A DNA stretch of 64,000 nucleotides from Flavobacteriales bacterium (lineage in GTDB: Bacteria > Bacteroidota > Bacteroidia > Flavobacteriales_F > PHOS-HE28). The notes below the pieces were generated by a model. The model was not told where the DNA came from. It saw only the letters and a program-made list of their open reading frames with translations, and made no database searches. Below, one piece after another: positions 37,197 to 47,704 of the stretch (its first letter is position 1; every line of letters begins with the position of its first letter). The DNA lies in NCBI GenBank assembly GCA_016699575.1, contig CP064979.1, positions 1,933,796 to 1,997,795 of the forward strand. The letters are read 5' to 3'. Made by a program: the position numbers and the translations under genes.

Positions 37197-37906
37197 AGCA
37201 CGGTGATGTTCTCCGCAGCGATCAACGGCTGTCCCTTCAATCTCAAATAGACCTGCACAGTGGCCACCACATCCTTCTTACAGTAGGCGGCGATCCGTTC
37301 CAGGTCCTTCTCCTCGTAGTACACACGCGCCACATCGCTACCCTTAATGTCACCCTTCGGTGATGGGATGCCGAGCACATGCGTGAGCAGCTCCAGCGAG
37401 GTGTAATGTTTGCGGTCACCGAATTTCCACAGCTCAAGTGTGTCTTCGTGCTGTACTTCCCAGGGCTTTTTGCCCGACAGGTCGAGGATCGGGGGGAGGG
37501 GAATGCTATTGATCACGCACCGCCGTGCGATGTACGGGAAGTCGAACTCCTTGCCGTTGTGGCCGCACAGACGGTGATCGGCCGTGTGGAAGCGCTCGTT
37601 GAGCAACGCCACGAACTCTTCAAGGATGTCGCGCTCGTGATCGCCGTGGATGGTCTTCACGCGCAGCTTGCGGTCCTTGCTGCCTGCAGTGAGGAAGCCC
37701 ACACCGATGCAGATGATCTTGCCGAATTCGCTCAGGATGCCGCCACGGTCGCGGAACATGTCCTCTTCGCTTTTGCCATCGCGTTCGCGTTCGTAGCGGG
37801 TCTTCTCGCTGAACAGTTGCTGTTCGCGCTCATCCATGTCGGACCAGCGCTGCACGTGCGGCACCGTTTCAATGTCTAGGAAAAGGATCTTGCTCAGGTC
37901 GGCCAT
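37193..37906 (-). CDS. 3'-5' exonuclease, PolB-exonuclease-like (RNase H-like fold)
   Basis: MADLSKILFLDIETVP (ExoI DxE) ...LCGHNGKEFDFPYI (ExoII). ATG 37906 is preferred to the TTG at 37918. Confidence 0.7.
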   Translation of the reverse strand: MADLSKILFLDIETVPHVQRWSDMDEREQQLFSEKTRYERERDGKSEEDMFRDRGGILSEFGKIICIGVGFLTAGSKDRKLRVKTIHGDHERDILEEFVALLNERFHTADHRLCGHNGKEFDFPYIARRCVINSIPLPPILDLSGKKPWEVQHEDTLELWKFGDRKHYTSLELLTHVLGIPSPKGDIKGSDVARVYYEEKDLERIAAYCKKDVVATVQVYLRLKGQPLIAAENITVL

Positions 37907-37976
37907 GTCAAGCTTCAAGTCTCAAGGCCCAAGCTACAAGCTTCAACAAGACGGGCAGGAACCTGTGGCGAGACAA

Positions 37977-38327
37977 CTACCCCTCGATCACGTACACCAC
38001 ATGGTCCACAGCGCCGGCAACGGGCGGATGCTCCTTCACCAGGCGCACGCGCCAGGCAAAGTCCGCGTGCCATTCTGCTTTGAGGGCCTCCAGGATGCGT
38101 CGGCCCACGTGCTCGATCAGTTTGCTGCGCACGGCCATTTGCTCCTTCACGATGGCAGTGACGCGTCCGTAGTCGATGGTGTCAACCAGTTTGTCGCTGG
38201 CCTCCGCCGCGGCAAAATCGCCGCGTACGCTGATGTCGATGCGGTAGTGTCCCCCGATGCGACCTTCCTCGGCAAGGCAACCGTGGTAGGCGTACACCTT
38301 GATCCCGTTGACCTCGATCACGCCCAT
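37977..38327 (-). CDS. folB: Dihydroneopterin aldolase
   Basis: MGVIEVNGIKVYAYHGCLAEEGRIGGHYRIDISV...DTIDYGRV is the FolB signature. It overlaps the gltX 3' end by ~10 nt. Confidence 0.85.
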   Translation of the reverse strand: MGVIEVNGIKVYAYHGCLAEEGRIGGHYRIDISVRGDFAAAEASDKLVDTIDYGRVTAIVKEQMAVRSKLIEHVGRRILEALKAEWHADFAWRVRLVKEHPPVAGAVDHVVYVIEG

Positions 38328-39853
38328 GAGCGGCACAGGTCGAGCCCGGCTTGCAAGCGGGCGATCACCTCATCTATTCCGAGCAACGTGCTCACATCGA
38401 ACATGCCGGGCCCCTGCATGCGCCCCGCAACGAAGAGGCGGTAGATCGGCATCACTTGGCCCACCTTCATGCTCTTTTCCGCAAGCACTTGGTTGAACGC
38501 GGCTTCGAGGGTGGCGGGAGAGAGCGAGGGAAGGGAAGCGAGGGAGGAGATGTAGGCTGCGAGCGCGGGACTGGCTTCGGGCTTCCACCGCTTCTTCAGC
38601 TCTTCCAGCGCGATGGTGTTGTTCTTCAGTGGCGAGCCTGCGGTGAAGAGGTACTCGCCCTCGAGCATGTCGTCCACGAACGTTGCGCGCTCCTTAAGCA
38701 AGCCGGCCGCCGCGGTTGCGCGTTCCAAGGTCGTATCGATGCCTTTTGTTTTCAGCTTGGCCTGCAGCTGCGCACCCAATTCGGCATCGGGCCGCTTGCG
38801 CAGGTACTGCTGGTTGAACCACTTCGTCTTCTCCGGATCGAACTTGGCGCCCCCCTTGTGCACGCGCTCCAGATCGAAGAGCTGCGTGAGCTCCTGCAGG
38901 CTCATGATCTCCTGGTCCGTGCCGGGGTTCCAACCGAGCAGCGCCAGCATGTTGATGAAGGCATCGGGGTAGTAACCCTTCTCGCGGTAGCCGCTGCTCT
39001 TCTCCTTGCTCGTAGGGTCGATCCAATCCAATGAGAACACCGGGAAGCCGAGCCGATCGCCATCACGCTTACTGAGCTTGCCATTGCCGTCCGGCTTCAG
39101 GATCAGCGGCAGGTGCGCGAATGCCGGGCGCTCCCAGCCGAAGGCTTCGTAGATGAGCACGTGCAACGGGGCGCTCGGCAGCCACTCCTCGCCACGGATC
39201 ACGTGCGTAATGCGCATCAGGTGATCGTCCACGATGTTGGCCAGGTGGTACGTGGGCATGCCGTCGCTCTTGAAGAGCACCTTGTCGTCGATATTGGCGC
39301 TGTGCACCACCACCCAGCCGCGGATGATGTCCTCGAAACGTACTTCCGCGTGGCGCGGCACTTTGAGGCGGATCACATACTGGTCGCCACGAGCCAGGCG
39401 CTCCTTCACTTCGTCCGCGCTCAGCGTGAGCGAGTTCTTCATGTGCTCGCGCGTCACAGCATTGTAGGCGGGCGCCGCAACACCAGCTGCCTGCAAGCGC
39501 GCGCGCATCGCCTCCAATTCCTCGGGCGTGTCGAAAGCATAGTAGGCCTTGTCCTTCGCGATCAGTTCGTCGGCGTACTGCTTGTAGAGGTGCTTGCGGT
39601 CGCTCTGGCGGTAAGGACCATCCGGGCCGCCGACCCATGGGCTTTCATCGGGCACCAGACCGCACCACTCCAAGCTTTCCTTGATGTAGTCCTCCGCCCC
39701 TGGCACGTAGCGCGTCTGGTCGGTGTCCTCGATGCGCAGCAGGAACTGGCCACCGTGCTTGCGGGCGAAGAGGTAGTTGTACAAAGCCGTGCGCACACCG
39801 CCCATGTGCAGCGGGCCGGTGGGGCTGGGGGCAAAACGGACGCGGACGGACAT
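38318..39853 (-). CDS. gltX: Glutamate--tRNA ligase
   Basis: VRVRFAPSPTGPLHMGGVRTALYNYLFA (HIGH region) and KLSKRDG (KMSKS). 511 aa. Confidence 0.95.
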   Translation of the reverse strand: MSVRVRFAPSPTGPLHMGGVRTALYNYLFARKHGGQFLLRIEDTDQTRYVPGAEDYIKESLEWCGLVPDESPWVGGPDGPYRQSDRKHLYKQYADELIAKDKAYYAFDTPEELEAMRARLQAAGVAAPAYNAVTREHMKNSLTLSADEVKERLARGDQYVIRLKVPRHAEVRFEDIIRGWVVVHSANIDDKVLFKSDGMPTYHLANIVDDHLMRITHVIRGEEWLPSAPLHVLIYEAFGWERPAFAHLPLILKPDGNGKLSKRDGDRLGFPVFSLDWIDPTSKEKSSGYREKGYYPDAFINMLALLGWNPGTDQEIMSLQELTQLFDLERVHKGGAKFDPEKTKWFNQQYLRKRPDAELGAQLQAKLKTKGIDTTLERATAAAGLLKERATFVDDMLEGEYLFTAGSPLKNNTIALEELKKRWKPEASPALAAYISSLASLPSLSPATLEAAFNQVLAEKSMKVGQVMPIYRLFVAGRMQGPGMFDVSTLLGIDEVIARLQAGLDLCRSWA

Positions 39854-39876
39854 GTGCCGATGGAATGAAAGGGCGG

Positions 39877-39884
39877 CGAAGGTA
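39877..39884 (-). promoter_or_regulatory. Candidate -7 box TACCTTCG followed by CCGCCCTTTC, upstream of gltX
   Basis: The minus strand reads TACCTTCGCCGCCCTTTCATTCCATCGGCACATG, with 23 nt to the ATG. Confidence 0.35.
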
Positions 39885-39964
39885 GAAGCCGTCAGCGGGT
39901 GGCTTTATTGGCTAGCCAACGTGAGCGGCGGGAATAGCGTCTAGGACTTCAACCTACCACGCCG

Positions 39965-40822
39965 ATGAAACAGTTCTGCACGCTTGTCCTCGGATTTCTT
40001 GCAATGGCGGCCCCCGCCCAAATGGTGATGTCCGTGCAGAACGGGCCATGGAATTCGCCTTCCACATGGGATTGTGCGTGCGTTCCGGCCGTGACGGACG
40101 AAGTGCACATCCTGCACAGTGTGGAGCTCATGGGCAACTACGACTTCGCGCACCCGCTCACCCATGTGATGACCGGTGGCGAGATCACCACAACCATGCC
40201 CGCCAACATCACGGTGAGCAGTACGTTCACGAACAACGGGCACATCTTTTTCATCGGTAACACGCAGATCATCGCGCCCTTCACCAACAACGGGTTCGCC
40301 GAGTTCGTTGGGCTGCTCTACAGCGACGGCAGCATCATCGTGGCGCAAGGCAGCGTGATGCAGGTGGAAGGCGACTTCATCAACTACTTCCAGGTGGCGG
40401 GCAACGGCGCGATCTGCGTTACCGATTCCACCATGAACTACGGCACTCTGCAAGGCGCCATGGACTTCTGTGACTGGTCGCCCACGACGGCCAGTGCACC
40501 TTACATCGATGTGAACACGGGCACCGTGGACAATCTGGTGACGTACTGCACCAACAGCCCTTGCTTCACCGGAGTGGCCGAGGATGTGTTCGGCAATGTG
40601 GGTTTCGGTCCCAACCCAGCGAGTGATATCGTACGGATGAGCGGCTTGCCGAACGGCACTCGACTGCGGGTGCTCGATGCGCGCGGTGCGGTTGTCGGGG
40701 AGTTGGGCGCTGTCTCGGGCGCGGCTGAAATGAGCATGATGGGACTTCTACCAGGGGCCTATACCGTTCAGTTTGTTCACCCGCAGGGCCGGGCGTTCAG
40801 AAAACTGTTGGTGGTGCGCTGA
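39965..40822 (+). CDS. Secreted protein with T9SS C-terminal sorting domain
   Basis: The signal is MKQFCTLVLGFLAMAAPAQ. The C-terminus is FGPNPASDIVRMSGLPNGTRLRVLDARGAVV...LLPGAYTVQFV...KLLVVR. Confidence 0.6.
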   Translation: MKQFCTLVLGFLAMAAPAQMVMSVQNGPWNSPSTWDCACVPAVTDEVHILHSVELMGNYDFAHPLTHVMTGGEITTTMPANITVSSTFTNNGHIFFIGNTQIIAPFTNNGFAEFVGLLYSDGSIIVAQGSVMQVEGDFINYFQVAGNGAICVTDSTMNYGTLQGAMDFCDWSPTTASAPYIDVNTGTVDNLVTYCTNSPCFTGVAEDVFGNVGFGPNPASDIVRMSGLPNGTRLRVLDARGAVVGELGAVSGAAEMSMMGLLPGAYTVQFVHPQGRAFRKLLVVR

Positions 40823-40884
40823 GGTCCGGCCGCCGACCGATCGTGGAACACCGCTTGCTTTGCGGGGCCCACAACACCATCCAC

Positions 40885-41709
40885 ATGATCCGATCAATGC
40901 TCTTCTCCGCTGCTTTTGCTCCGGCCGTTCTGACCGCCTCCGCCCAACAAGCCACCTACAAGGCCGACCACCGCTTCGCCTACAGCAACGTGCTGTTGGA
41001 GAACAGCGTGGTGAAGGTGGAGATGGAAGACATCCTGGCGGAAGTCACTTATTGCAAGTTCCGGTTCCGCGTCACCAACAAGACCAACGACTACGTCTTC
41101 GTGGACCCCACCAAGTTCAAGGTGAAGATGGGCGACGCGGCCATCGCGTTCCAGGAGAAGCCGTACATGATCCGACCGTACGAGAAGGAGGGCAAGACGT
41201 TGAACATGACCGGCGCCACCAACTACCACATGGAGTCCTTCAGCATCGATTTCGCCGATGGTTTCCAACGCGCGGCCAGCAAGGGCAACGCGGTGGCCGT
41301 GGAGGATGGAGCGCTGCCTGCGGCGAAGAACGAATTGAGCGGCGGCCCGTTCACCGTGAACCTGCAGAAGGCGGACCAGGAGACCAAGATCACCATCGCC
41401 AAGTACAACGTGAAGTACGTGGGCAGCTCGCTGGCCATCGTCGATCCGAGCAAGGTGAGCGTGCGCATCCCGTCGGGCCAGGTGTTCGCCACCACCAAGT
41501 CGAAGTCGAAACCCGTGGTGCTGAACGGAGGCGAAGAGGACAACTTCACGGTGACCATCGAGATCCCTGGCAAGATCGCCGACATGCAGTTCACCACGCT
41601 CACCGTGCTGTGGAACGATTGCATGGTGGAAACCAGCAAGGAGAAACTGGCCGTTGATGCGGCGAACGTGACCGTTGATCAGGCGCGTACGACGGAGATC
41701 AACAAGTGA
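40885..41709 (+). CDS. Hypothetical secreted protein (two beta-rich repeats)
   Basis: ATG 40885 gives MIRSMLFSAAFAPAVLTASAQQ (the track start is a GTG upstream). No family recognised. Confidence 0.45.
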   Translation: MIRSMLFSAAFAPAVLTASAQQATYKADHRFAYSNVLLENSVVKVEMEDILAEVTYCKFRFRVTNKTNDYVFVDPTKFKVKMGDAAIAFQEKPYMIRPYEKEGKTLNMTGATNYHMESFSIDFADGFQRAASKGNAVAVEDGALPAAKNELSGGPFTVNLQKADQETKITIAKYNVKYVGSSLAIVDPSKVSVRIPSGQVFATTKSKSKPVVLNGGEEDNFTVTIEIPGKIADMQFTTLTVLWNDCMVETSKEKLAVDAANVTVDQARTTEINK

Positions 41710-41726
41710 GCCGACCGTAGTTTCGC

Positions 41727-41966
41727 ATGACCAGACCGCGCAACATGGAAAGCGAACAATCACTCTTGGCCAAGCGCATCCTTCGAACGAAGGACAAGGC
41801 GAAGCTGACGGCCATACGCCAAGTTCTCGATGGTGAGCGGGGCGCGGTTTTCTCGCACGAAGAGCTTGTCGCAATGGAGGAACTGCGCGACCGGTTGGTC
41901 AGTGGTGCGGTCCGTGGCCGCGCTTGGGAGGACGTGAAGAAAGACCTGCGGAAACTGGCGCGATGA
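41727..41966 (+). CDS. Putative antitoxin (addiction-module component-like)
   Basis: 79 aa. Its stop overlaps the toxin ATG as ATGA. The C-terminal ...RDRLVSGAVRGRAWEDVKKDLRK resembles the TIGR02574-type tail. Confidence 0.5.
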   Translation: MTRPRNMESEQSLLAKRILRTKDKAKLTAIRQVLDGERGAVFSHEELVAMEELRDRLVSGAVRGRAWEDVKKDLRKLAR

Positions 41967-42265
41967 AGCGCTTGGTCATCGGCCCGGATGCCGAGGCAGA
42001 CCTGCGGCAGGCCGTGTTGTGGTACGCTGACCAGCGTGAAGGACTTGAGCAGCGGTTCATTGATGAATTCGACGAATTCACCCGCGCCATTCTGCTGTTT
42101 CCGCGTGGAGCACCGCTCATAACGGACCATATCCGCATGATGCCCATGCGGGTGTTCAAGCATGTCATCACGTACACGGTAGATGGCGACCAGGTCGTCA
42201 TCTTGCGCGTGGTGCATGGAAGCCGTCACCCACGGCAACGAACAAGAGGGCGCAAGCGGATCTAG
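41963..42265 (+). CDS. ParE/RelE-superfamily type II toxin
   Basis: MKRLVIGPDAEADLRQAVLWYADQREGLEQRFIDEFDEF...HVITYTVDGDQVVILRVVHGSRHP is a typical ParE-like layout. 100 aa. Confidence 0.7.
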   Translation: MKRLVIGPDAEADLRQAVLWYADQREGLEQRFIDEFDEFTRAILLFPRGAPLITDHIRMMPMRVFKHVITYTVDGDQVVILRVVHGSRHPRQRTRGRKRI

Positions 42266-42777
42266 GGCACCCGCTCCCCGCCCAACAACGCGAACACGTC
42301 AAGGCTGATGGCCTTTCCGTCCTTCCATTCGCTCTCGCGCAAAGTGCCTTCGTGTTTGAAGCCGAAACGTTCCAGCAATTTCCGGCTCGCGTGGTTCTCG
42401 GTCTCCACCTGCGCCTCGATGCGGTGCAGGCCTAAGGTGCTGAACGCGTGATCGATCACCAGCGGCATGGCCCAGCTGGCAATGCCCTTGCCCCAATGCT
42501 CGGGCAGCAGCCAGTAGCCGATCTCGCAACGCCGATGCTGCCGATCGATCTTGTAGATCCCGATGGCGCCGAGGAAGGTGTTGTTCTCCGTTGCACGGAT
42601 CGCGCGCCACCAGCCCGTGCCATCACGCTCCAGTGCAGCGAACCAATCCATCTGCTCCTGCGTGGCCTCCAGGCTCGCGAAGCTGATGGCGTAGTAGCGC
42701 ACCACATCGGGGTGCGAGAGGCCGCGGAAGACGTGGTGGATGTCTTCGGGGGTGAATGGAACAAGCGTGCGGTCCAA
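42262..42777 (-). CDS. GNAT-family N-acetyltransferase (RimJ/RimL-like)
   Basis: EIGYWLLPEHWGKGIASWAMPLVIDHAF...LHRIEAQVETENHASRKLLERFGFKHEG. The TTG start abuts the upstream stop. Confidence 0.8.
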   Translation of the reverse strand: MDRTLVPFTPEDIHHVFRGLSHPDVVRYYAISFASLEATQEQMDWFAALERDGTGWWRAIRATENNTFLGAIGIYKIDRQHRRCEIGYWLLPEHWGKGIASWAMPLVIDHAFSTLGLHRIEAQVETENHASRKLLERFGFKHEGTLRESEWKDGKAISLDVFALLGGERVP

Positions 42778-43395
42778 CTAGTTATTGTTCAATACGGAGC
42801 CGGCGATAACGTAGAAAAGCGGTGCCGTCAAGAAGCCCATGGCCCAAGCTCTCCAAACACGTCCCCGCTTCATCTTGTAAGCTTGATGCTTATAGCCGGT
42901 GGCATATTCCGGCACCTGCATCAACCCTATGTCTGGGTACATGAGGTTGGGGTCTTTGGGTTGGTTCGCGGAGCAACTGATGGCCGGGATGAGACCGACT
43001 ACAGGGGTAAAGAGTGTACTCGTCCAGAACGTGCTTCCCGCTCCGCATTTGCCTCGGTAGTGGGCCTTCGCATCCGAAACCCCGAAATCGTATAGCTCGG
43101 TTGATTTCCCGGACGATGCGGGGACCGGCGGTATATCGGTCGTGCGAAAAACATCCTTGGTTCCGGCCGCATAAGAGATGCTCAGCAAATCGGACTTTAG
43201 AACAGAGTAGGTAGGCCCAGAGGGATTGTCCGTGCGTTTGTATCGGACTTCGTTCACCCCAACCTCCAACACAAGCCCCGGCACTTGGCTTCCGTCTGAA
43301 AACCACAAGGTGTCTTGGGCAAGAACTGCCGGCCCGGAAAGGAGCGCACCGAGAAGCGCAGCAACAATTATCAGCGAGTTATAGCACTTGCGCAT
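42778..43395 (-). CDS. Hypothetical secreted/membrane protein
   Basis: The signal is MRKCYNSLIIVAALLGALLSGPAVLAQ, and the C-terminal end is hydrophobic. G+C is lower than in the neighbours, judged by eye. Confidence 0.45.
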   Translation of the reverse strand: MRKCYNSLIIVAALLGALLSGPAVLAQDTLWFSDGSQVPGLVLEVGVNEVRYKRTDNPSGPTYSVLKSDLLSISYAAGTKDVFRTTDIPPVPASSGKSTELYDFGVSDAKAHYRGKCGAGSTFWTSTLFTPVVGLIPAISCSANQPKDPNLMYPDIGLMQVPEYATGYKHQAYKMKRGRVWRAWAMGFLTAPLFYVIAGSVLNNN

Positions 43396-43431
43396 GCGGA
43401 AACTGTGACCGCCAAGCTATGCGCGAACGAC

Positions 43432-44622
43432 TCACCCCCTCACCGCCGCGATCCCCGGCAGCACCTTTCCCTCCAGATACTCGAGCATGGCGCCGCCGCC
43501 GGTGCTCACGTAGCTGATCTTGTCAGTGAGGTTGAACTGGTTCACGGCCGCAACGCTGTCGCCGCCGCCCACCAGCGAGAACGCACCCGCAGCTGTGGCT
43601 TCGGCAACAGCATTCGCCACAGCGATGGTGCCCGCTTGAAAGCTCTTCATCTCGAACACGCCCATCGGTCCGTTCCAGAGGAGGGTCTTGCTACGCTTCA
43701 CTGCCGCGCTGAACGCCTTGATGCTCTCCGGGCCGATGTCCAAAGCCATCCAGCCATCGGGAACGGCATTGGCCGCACACTGATCGGTGTTGGCGGTGTC
43801 TGCGAACGCATCGGCCACCACGGCATCGGTCGGCAGGTGGATCTTCACGCCTTTCCCAGAGGCCTTTTTCATGATGGTGCGCGCCATCTCCAGCAGGTCG
43901 TCCTCAACGAGCGAAGCACCCACGTTGCCGCCCTGGGCCTTCACGAATGTGTTGGCCATACCGCCGCCGATGATCAGTTCGTCGCACTTGCCCAGCAGGT
44001 TCTCCAGCACTTCGATCTTGCTGCTCACTTTGCTACCGCCGATGATGGCGGTGAGCGGGCGCTGCGGATTGTCCAGCACCTTGCCCACGCTGTCGATCTC
44101 CGCTTGCATCAGGTAGCCGAACATCTTGTCGCGCGGGAAGAACTTCGCCATGATGGTGGTGCTGGCATGCGCGCGGTGGGCCGTACCGAACGCGTCGTTC
44201 ACGTACACATCGCCCAGTGAGGCGAGCTGCTTGCTGAAGGCTTCGTCACCTTTCTCCTCGGCTTCGTGGTAGCGCAGGTTCTCCAGCACCAGCACTTCAC
44301 CCGGGCGCAGCGCGGCAGCAGCGAGGTTCGCCTTGTCGCCGATGCAGTCCTCCGCGAAACGCACGGGCGTAGCGAGCAATCCTTCCAAGTGCTTCGCGAC
44401 CGGTCGGAGGCTCATGGCCGGGTTGGGCTTGCCTTTGGGGCGGCCCAAATGGCTCATTAGAATGGCGCTGCCACCATCGCGCAGGATCTTCTTCACCGTA
44501 GGCACGATGGCGCGGGCGCGCGTGTCGTCCGTCACGTTCATGTTCGCGTCCATCGGCACGTTCAGGTCAACGCGCACAAGGGCTTTGCGGCCCGAGAAGT
44601 TGAAGCTGTCGATCGTCTGCAT
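43432..44622 (-). CDS. pgk: Phosphoglycerate kinase
   Basis: [25 protein letters not shown]... is the canonical Pgk N-terminus. ATG 44622 gives 396 aa. The longer track ORF (to 45006) is a spurious extension. Confidence 0.95.
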   Translation of the reverse strand: MQTIDSFNFSGRKALVRVDLNVPMDANMNVTDDTRARAIVPTVKKILRDGGSAILMSHLGRPKGKPNPAMSLRPVAKHLEGLLATPVRFAEDCIGDKANLAAAALRPGEVLVLENLRYHEAEEKGDEAFSKQLASLGDVYVNDAFGTAHRAHASTTIMAKFFPRDKMFGYLMQAEIDSVGKVLDNPQRPLTAIIGGSKVSSKIEVLENLLGKCDELIIGGGMANTFVKAQGGNVGASLVEDDLLEMARTIMKKASGKGVKIHLPTDAVVADAFADTANTDQCAANAVPDGWMALDIGPESIKAFSAAVKRSKTLLWNGPMGVFEMKSFQAGTIAVANAVAEATAAGAFSLVGGGDSVAAVNQFNLTDKISYVSTGGGAMLEYLEGKVLPGIAAVRG

Positions 44623-44642
44623 TGGGTGTTTTGAAGGGGCGG

Positions 44643-44650
44643 CAAAAGTA
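44643..44650 (-). promoter_or_regulatory. Candidate -7 box TACTTTTG followed by CCGCCCCTTC, upstream of pgk
   Basis: Perfect TAnnTTTG on the minus strand, 20 nt before ATG 44622. Confidence 0.4.
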
Positions 44651-44834
44651 GAAGGGAGGGCACACGGGAGTCGTTTTGTTGGGAGAGGGGATCTCGCGCA
44701 CCTGCTTCGTCGGGACGAACTCCGACGCGGGGAGCGCGGAGAATGCGCCCCCGACCCTCTTGGAGCATCATCTTCATCATCCTCATCCGTGGATGCATCT
44801 GTGGTCCATGTATTCTCCTGCGCATCCCCCCGGA

Positions 44835-44842
44835 TAACTTCG
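44835..44842 (+). promoter_or_regulatory. Candidate -7 box TAACTTCG followed by CCGCCCTTTC, upstream of lysS
   Basis: TAACTTCGCCGCCCTTTCCCAACGAGCATG, with 19 nt to ATG 44862. Confidence 0.35.
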
Positions 44843-44861
44843 CCGCCCTTTCCCAACGAGC

Positions 44862-46381
44862 ATGTCCGACCAATTGAGCGATCAGGAGCTGGTGCGCCGC
44901 GAAGCCTTGCAGAAACTTCGTGCGCTCGGCATCGAACCCTTCCCCGCTGCGGAATATCCCGTGAGCCACACGGCTGCGCAGGCGAAACAACTGCTGCCCG
45001 CGCCACAGGAAGGTGTTGAAGCGCCCAAACCGGAAGTGTGCCTGGCGGGCCGCATCATGAGCGTTCGCGTCATGGGCAAAGCATCGTTCGCGGTGCTGCG
45101 CGATCACAGCGGCGACCAGCAGATCTACATCGCTCGCGATGAAGTATCGCCCGGCGACAACAAGACGATGTACGATGAGGTATGGCGGCACCTGCTCCAC
45201 CTCGGTGATTTCATCGGTGTGAAGGGCTTCATGTTCCGCACGCGAACGGGCGAGATTACCGTGCATGTGAAGGAACTCACCGTGCTGGGCAAGGCCCTGC
45301 GCCCGCTGCCGGTGGTGAAGACCGATGACCAAGGCAATGTGCACGACGCGTTCACCGATCCCGAGCAGCGCTACCGCATGCGCTACGTGGACCTGAACGT
45401 GAACCCCGGGGTGAAGGAGACCTTCCTCAAGCGCTCGCGCATCATCACGGCCATGCGCGATCACATGACAGGTGCAGGTTACCACGAAGTGGATACGCCC
45501 GTGCTGCAGCCCATTCCCGGCGGCGCTGCGGCGCGTCCGTTCATCACGCACCACAATGCGTTGGACATGCCGCTCTACTTGCGCATCGCCAACGAGCTCT
45601 ACCTGAAGCGCCTCATCGTGGGCGGGTTCGAAGGTGTGTTCGAGTTCAGCCGCAACTTCCGCAACGAGGGCATGGACCGCACGCACAACCCGGAGTTCAC
45701 CATCATGGAACTATACGTGGCGTGGAAGGACTACCGCTGGATGATGAATTTCATGGAGAGCATGCTCGAACGAGTTTGCATTGCTGCGAACGGGACGAGC
45801 ACCACGACCTTCCAAGGCAACGAGCTGCAGTTCAAGGCGCCGTTCAAGCGGATCACCATGTGCGGCTCCATCAAGGAGAAGACCGGAGCCGATGTGCTGG
45901 AACTGGACGAGGCCGCGTTGCGTTCATTGTGCGCCAAGCACCATATCCACGTGGAGCCGAGCATGGGCAAGGGCAAATTGATCGATGAGCTTTTCAGTGC
46001 GCTCGTGCAACCCGAGCTGATACAGCCGACGTTCGTGTGCGACTTCCCGGTGGAGATGAGCCCGCTTTGCAAGAAGCACCGTGATGATGAGCGCCTCACC
46101 GAGCGCTTCGAGCTTTTCGTGAACGGCTTCGAGCTGGCCAACGCCTACAGCGAACTGAACGACCCGATCGATCAGCGCGAACGCTTCGAGGCGCAACTGG
46201 AACTACAGCAACGCGGCGACGACGAGGCCATGTTCATCGACCAGGATTTCCTCCGTGCCCTGGAGTACGGTATGCCGCCCACCAGCGGCGTTGGCATCGG
46301 CGTGGACCGCTTGGTGATGCTCATGACCAACAACCCGGCGATACAAGAGGTGCTGCTGTTCCCGCAAATGAGGCCGGAACG

Positions 46382-46385
<4 letters not shown>
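44862..46385 (+). CDS. lysS: Lysine--tRNA ligase (class II)
   Basis: 507 aa. It has an OB-fold N-terminal region, the class II motifs [15 protein letters not shown] and GGxGIGVDRL, and the C-terminus [10 protein letters not shown]. Confidence 0.95.
46249..46381 (+). repeat. Direct repeat, left copy (functional 3' end of lysS)
   Basis: 133 bp, identical at 126 of 133 positions to 47537-47669 by manual alignment. Confidence 0.9.
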
Positions 46386-47682
<1,297 letters not shown>

Positions 47683-47704
47683 GGACCGGACCGACCCCTT
47701 TTCG

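Noticed and set aside
37907-37976. The duplicated TTGAAGCTTG (HindIII-containing) decamers upstream of the exonuclease gene.
   Set aside because: This is a short 10-bp repeat in a 70-bp promoter region. It is compatible with ordinary promoter elements (a TAGCTTGG box lies nearby) and is too short to distinguish from chance.
43432-45006. N-terminal extensions proposed by the ORF track. Examples are pgk to 45006, rpoN to 63710, the TlpA-like gene to 7875, the nitroreductase from 15331, scoA from 23004, rpiB from 4264 and the GH5-like gene from 30296.
   Set aside because: The extensions overlap neighbouring genes or promoter-like boxes and have non-protein-like composition. Canonical family N-termini begin at internal ATG or GTG codons.
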